Positions 24,505 to 28,785 of a DNA stretch of 28,785 bases are shown here, in pieces (position 1 is the stretch's first letter; every line of letters begins with the position of its first letter). The translations under genes were made by a program, and so were the position numbers. The notes under the pieces were generated by a model. The model made no database searches. It saw nothing but the letters and a program-made list of their open reading frames with translations, and was not told the origin of the DNA. Origin of the DNA: a bacterium (lineage in GTDB: Bacteria; Bdellovibrionota; FAC87; UBA2466); NCBI GenBank assembly GCA_019750655.1, contig JAIEOG010000319.1:1-28785 (forward strand). Reading direction: 5' to 3'.

Positions 24505-24576
24505 AGAACCCTCATGCCTACCTCTTGAGGCTGGGAAAGAAAAGCCTCGAATGCCGTGTTCTCGGGGCAAAAAGAG

Positions 24577-24605
24577 TTGAAAAAACCCTGTTCAATGCAT
24601 AACTT
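24577..24605 (+). promoter_or_regulatory. Putative sigma70 promoter of the acyl-CoA dehydrogenase-etf operon, with an overlapping inverted repeat
   Basis: TTGAAA (24577-82)-N17-TAACTT (24600-05); TTGAA-N9-TTCAA at 24577-24595. Confidence 0.4.
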
Positions 24606-24623
24606 ACTGCGTGGGGGCATGCG

Positions 24624-25772
24624 ATGATTAGTTTCCAACTCACGCCGGAACAACAAGCCTTAAAAGAGATGGTCGCAAAGTACGTCCAAGGCGAGGTTTT
24701 GCCGGTCGCCGCGAAGTACGACGAATCGAGCGAGTTTCCCCACGAGGTCATTCACAAGGCCTGGGAAATCGGGATTATGAACATCGCCGTTCCCCAGAAA
24801 TTCGGAGGCTTGGGCCTCGGGGTTTTGGATGACGTCATCATCAACGAAGAATTAGGCGCGGGCTGTCTGGGCATCGGCACCAGCATCGCCGTGAACACGC
24901 TCGGCCTCTACCCCATTTTGCTTTTCGGTACCGATGAACAGATCCAACGCCTCGTCGGGCCCTTTTTAGAAAAGCCCTTGCTCGCGTCGTTTTGCTTAAC
25001 GGAGCCCGGCGCCGGATCGGATGCTGCCTCGCTCACCACGACGGCCAAGGACATGGGCGACCATTACCTGCTAAATGGCTCCAAGATGTGGATCACCAAC
25101 GCAGGCCATGCCTCGCTTTATTCCGTCTTCTGCACAACGGACAAGGCCCTCAAGGGCAAAGGCATCTGCTGCCTCGCTGTCGATGCTAAGAGCCCGGGCA
25201 TCACGTTGGGCCGCCACGAGAACAAACTTGGCCAACGCGCTTCAGACACGCGCGCCATCACTTTCGAAAACGTGAAAGTGCCGAAGGAAAACCTCATCGG
25301 CAAAGTGGGTGAAGGCTTCAAAGTCGCCTTAAAAACGCTCGACCGCACGCGCGCATCGATTGCTGCAAGCGCGGTAGGTGCTGCTCGCGCCGCACTCCAG
25401 CACTCCATCCGCTATAGCAAAGAGCGCAAACAGTTTAACCAGCCCATCAGCCAGTTCCAGGCTATCCAATTCATGTTGGCTGACATGGCTACCAAAGTGG
25501 AAGCGGGGCGTGCGCTCTGCTACCGCGCTGGCTCGCTGATTGACGAAGGGTTCGACGAGGACGGCAACCTCGCTTCGGCCCACGCCAAGCGCTTCTCCGC
25601 CGACATGGCGATGGAAGTCGCTACCGATGCCGTGCAGATTTTCGGCGGTTACGGCTACACCAAAGATTACCCGGTTGAAAAAATCATGCGCGATGTGAAG
25701 CTCGTCCAGATCTACGAGGGCACCTCCCAGATCCAACGCGTGGTGATCGCTCGCAATATTTTGAAAGACTAG
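24624..25772 (+). CDS. Acyl-CoA dehydrogenase
   Basis: FCLTEPGAGSDA, LNGSKMWITN, KLGQRASDT, YSKERKQF, QIFGGYGY, QIYEGTSQIQR. Confidence 0.96.
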   Translation: MISFQLTPEQQALKEMVAKYVQGEVLPVAAKYDESSEFPHEVIHKAWEIGIMNIAVPQKFGGLGLGVLDDVIINEELGAGCLGIGTSIAVNTLGLYPILLFGTDEQIQRLVGPFLEKPLLASFCLTEPGAGSDAASLTTTAKDMGDHYLLNGSKMWITNAGHASLYSVFCTTDKALKGKGICCLAVDAKSPGITLGRHENKLGQRASDTRAITFENVKVPKENLIGKVGEGFKVALKTLDRTRASIAASAVGAARAALQHSIRYSKERKQFNQPISQFQAIQFMLADMATKVEAGRALCYRAGSLIDEGFDEDGNLASAHAKRFSADMAMEVATDAVQIFGGYGYTKDYPVEKIMRDVKLVQIYEGTSQIQRVVIARNILKD

Positions 25773-25790
25773 TCTACCTCTGGAGGCCTC

Positions 25791-26567
25791 ATGAATATCT
25801 TCGTGCTCGTTAAGCAGGTCCCGGATACCGAAACCAAGATCCGCGTCAATGCGTCGAGTTCTGGCATCGAGGCCAAGGAAATCGCTAAATGGATCGTCAA
25901 CCCCTACGACGAACACGCGATTGAAGAAGCACTCAAGACTAAAGAGAAGCTCAAAGAAGGCACCGTAACAGCCATTGCCGTGGGGCCGGATCGTGTCGTC
26001 GAAGCGCTGCGCACGGCGCTCGCGATGGGCTGCGACAACGCCATCCACATCAAGGCTGATGAATCCATCGACACGTATGTCGCTGCAAAAGCCCTTGCTG
26101 CCGCTTGCAAGAAAGAAAGCCCTCAGCTGATTTTTGCAGGCAAGCAAGCTATCGACGACGATCAAGCCGCAACCTTCGGCTATGTCGCCGAATACCTCGA
26201 TATTCCGTCGGTGTCGGTGGTTGTGAAAGTCGATGTCGCCACGGACAAAAAATCTCTGCGCGCGGTACGCGAAGTCGAAGGCGGCACGCACACGGTCGAG
26301 ACCAGCCTTCCCGCTTTGATTGCCGTCAACCAAGGGATTAATAACCCTCGCTACGCGAGCCTTCCGGGGATCATGAAGGCCAAAAAGAAAGAAATCAAAG
26401 CGCACACTCTGGCCGACTTAGGCCTGGGCAGCGAAACGGCGCTCACGAAGGATTCGGCTTTTGCACTACCGCCTCCGCGTAAAGCCTGCGTGATTCTGCA
26501 AGGCGAAGTGCCCGCTCAAGTCAAAGAGCTAGTCAAACGTCTACGCGAAGAAGCCAAAGTTATCTAA
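25791..26567 (+). CDS. etfB: Electron transfer flavoprotein beta subunit
   Basis: VLVKQVPDTE, NPYDEHAIEEAL, AGKQAIDDD, PRYASLPGIMKAKKK. Confidence 0.96.
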   Translation: MNIFVLVKQVPDTETKIRVNASSSGIEAKEIAKWIVNPYDEHAIEEALKTKEKLKEGTVTAIAVGPDRVVEALRTALAMGCDNAIHIKADESIDTYVAAKALAAACKKESPQLIFAGKQAIDDDQAATFGYVAEYLDIPSVSVVVKVDVATDKKSLRAVREVEGGTHTVETSLPALIAVNQGINNPRYASLPGIMKAKKKEIKAHTLADLGLGSETALTKDSAFALPPPRKACVILQGEVPAQVKELVKRLREEAKVI

Positions 26568-26585
26568 TTCAGCAGGGAGCAAACC

Positions 26586-27542
26586 ATGGCCGATGTCATC
26601 CTGATTGGCGAAGTAAACGACGGAAAACTCAGGCGGGTCACGCATGAGATCTTGGGCGAGCTAGTACGCCAAGGCGTGGATCCCATCGTCGTGATCCCTG
26701 GCAATGGCCTGGCCCCTTCTCTAGCAGAAGAACTGGGCAAGCACGGCGCCAGCAAGGTGGTTTATCTCGAGCACGATGGGCTCAAGCAATACTCCACTGA
26801 GGGCTACGCCAACGCGCTGCACGGGTATTTGGGATCCAAACAAATCAGCGCCATTGTTACGGGCGCGACCGCGCAGGGAAAAGATTTTCTCCCGCGACTT
26901 GCGGCTAAATTAGGCGTTGGAATGGCGGGAGACTGCACGGAGCTCAAAGCTTCTGGTGGAAGCTTCACCGTACGCCGGCCTGTTTACGCGGGTAAATGCT
27001 CCAAGGCTGTGGAGTTTGTAAAAGGCCCGGCGGTCTTCAGCATCCGCCCAAACGTGCTTCAAATGGAAACCGGAAAAGCTAAAATGGCTTCCGTCGAAAA
27101 AGCAGCGGCAAACCCGGGCACCATCCGCGCGAAGATCGTCGAAGTCCATGCTTCTGGCGGGAAAAAAGTTGAGCTTACGGAAGCCGACAACATCATCTCC
27201 GGCGGCCGGCCATTGAAAGAGAAGTTTAATATCTTGTTCGAATGCGCGGAAACGATTGGCGCTGCCGTTGGTGCGAGCCGCGCGGCTTGCGATGAAGGCT
27301 TTGCCGCAGCCGATATGCAGGTCGGCCAGACTGGTAAGACGGTAAGCCCGAAGCTTTATATTGCATGCGGGATTTCCGGCGCCATCCAGCATCTCGCCGG
27401 CATGCGCACAGCAAAGGTGATTGTAGCGGTGAATAAAAGCGCCGATGCGCCCATCTTTGGAGTGGCCGATTACGGCTTAGTGGCAGATCTCTTCGAAGTG
27501 GTTCCGCTGCTCACGCAGGAATTCAAAGCCCTAAAATCCTAG
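26586..27542 (+). CDS. etfA: Electron transfer flavoprotein alpha subunit
   Basis: [54 protein letters not shown]. Confidence 0.96.
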   Translation: MADVILIGEVNDGKLRRVTHEILGELVRQGVDPIVVIPGNGLAPSLAEELGKHGASKVVYLEHDGLKQYSTEGYANALHGYLGSKQISAIVTGATAQGKDFLPRLAAKLGVGMAGDCTELKASGGSFTVRRPVYAGKCSKAVEFVKGPAVFSIRPNVLQMETGKAKMASVEKAAANPGTIRAKIVEVHASGGKKVELTEADNIISGGRPLKEKFNILFECAETIGAAVGASRAACDEGFAAADMQVGQTGKTVSPKLYIACGISGAIQHLAGMRTAKVIVAVNKSADAPIFGVADYGLVADLFEVVPLLTQEFKALKS

Positions 27543-27543
27543 A

Positions 27544-28785
27544 TTATTCGTAACGGCGGCGTTCGGCGCCTGCTCCGGGGTTGTAGGTGCCGTTCGGGTT
27601 TGGATTTCCGTAAACGCCACCCTGCCCGTTTCCGCCTTGGCCGTTGATTTGGCTGCCGTGGTTTGCGCCGTTCGTGCCATTTGGTCCGCGGAAGCCGCCT
27701 TGGACTACGCCAGCGCCGCCGTTGCCTCCTAGGCCCATGTTCGCGCGGACGCGGCAGTAGATGCGTTCGAAGTCAGTACGCTTGATAAAAGGCTTCTTGT
27801 CGACCACGACATCCGGATTTTTTAGATCTTTTGTCTCTCTAAAATAAATATTGGTCCCTAATTGGTCAGTGAGGGCCTTATCCACTGGCACACCCAATTC
27901 CGCTGCGGCCTGCTCCATACTCATCGGCGCACGGTATTCCTCGATAAGATCAGGGAGAATTGCAGCAGAATCGCCATTGGGCCGATTCGGATCTGCGGGA
28001 ATATGGGCGCCCGTCGCTACTTTCGCGTCCATGAACCTCAAGCTATCTGCCTTAGCAAGTGCCCCATACTCTTCATTGGGACGAAACTTGTTCCTATGCG
28101 CCCCATTGTCTAAAGTGGCCAGCTCGCCATAGTGGTCGGCATATTCGAATGTGTCGTCCTGGTTGAAACGACGTTCTTTTCCGCCGATGAACCCGTTGGC
28201 GTGACACTTCAAACAGCGGTCCGGCGCCGTGACCGACTTGGACGAATCGATTGCGATTTCTGCGGGCGCTGAACGCTGACGCTGGCCCTTTGCATTCGCG
28301 AGGTAGAATCCCATATAGCCATTGCATTTCGTAAAAATCATCTCACTCGCGTCCCAAGTAAAATCACTCCCTTGCAGAAGCACGTCGCGGGATTGGGTTT
28401 CTGTTCCCGGGGATGGGAACTCAATAAAGTCATAACTTCGATAGAAAGCAGTGCCCGGCGAATTTGCGCGGTTTCGCCGCTCCAACACGCGCTGAGGGTT
28501 CACACCGACCTTACGATCTGTTGCGTTAGGTACATCCGCTAGCATGCGTTTGACACCAGCCCCTGTGAGATCTAGTTCATCCCGCTGCTCCGCTTCGACA
28601 CCGAGTTGCGAGGCAAACACGTCTAAATCATCGTCTAAGCCCATCGCCGTGTAGTAGACCTCGGGCGTCATTGCTCTTGCAGCTAGCCAATCCACACGTG
28701 CTGGGGCACTGCTGTCTCCGCACGAATAAGGATTGTCGTTAAGCAGCAACGCTAAGCGCCTTCGGTCCATGAACCCATTGAGGTT
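27544..28785 (-). CDS. Hypothetical protein with a CxxCH heme-c motif and Gly/Asn-rich tail; truncated at the right window edge
   Basis: RCLKCHANG. The frame is open upstream of the ORF-track ATG 28770 (AAC CTC AAT GGG TTC ATG) to the window end. Low-complexity C-terminus. Confidence 0.75.
   Translation of the reverse strand, partial: NLNGFMDRRRLALLLNDNPYSCGDSSAPARVDWLAARAMTPEVYYTAMGLDDDLDVFASQLGVEAEQRDELDLTGAGVKRMLADVPNATDRKVGVNPQRVLERRNRANSPGTAFYRSYDFIEFPSPGTETQSRDVLLQGSDFTWDASEMIFTKCNGYMGFYLANAKGQRQRSAPAEIAIDSSKSVTAPDRCLKCHANGFIGGKERRFNQDDTFEYADHYGELATLDNGAHRNKFRPNEEYGALAKADSLRFMDAKVATGAHIPADPNRPNGDSAAILPDLIEEYRAPMSMEQAAAELGVPVDKALTDQLGTNIYFRETKDLKNPDVVVDKKPFIKRTDFERIYCRVRANMGLGGNGGAGVVQGGFRGPNGTNGANHGSQINGQGGNGQGGVYGNPNPNGTYNPGAGAERRRYE

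Noticed and set aside
25329-26405. 358-aa minus-strand ORF (and similar long overlapping ORFs, e.g. 12013-12693, 15554-16066, 21228-21830)
   Set aside because: These are antisense shadows of well-supported genes, common in GC-rich DNA, with no family motifs.

Overview
A bacterial chromosomal segment of roughly 55-58% GC (estimated by eye). The pilB-pilT-pilC-pilS order and gene styles suggest Bdellovibrionota or Myxococcota-like, which is an inference. Left to right: a partial uppP missed by the ORF track; a secreted hypothetical protein; a minus-strand operon (mini-LemA-like, GT-C-like membrane protein, tandem double ATP-grasp ligase, DmpA peptidase); an accessory cluster; tRNA-Leu(TAG); a Uup-like ABC-F protein; a porin; pilS/pilC/pilT/pilB; gpmI; acyl-CoA dehydrogenase with etfB/etfA; and a partial CxxCH protein. 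The main hit is the accessory cluster at 6877-12694. An O-methyltransferase plus a ~6-TM histidine kinase (+) converge on GNAT, an unannotated 10-aa ORF MMKKFAQYCI, a heme-oxygenase-like dimetal oxidase and a compact YcaO (-), with an OmpR-family regulator upstream. The small ORF has a perfect Shine-Dalgarno and a 13-bp hairpin after it. All three putative promoters carry CTTAA half-sites in a 10-bp register. This looks like an autoregulated, RiPP-derived signalling (quorum-sensing-like) system. The product and function are inferred, not demonstrated.
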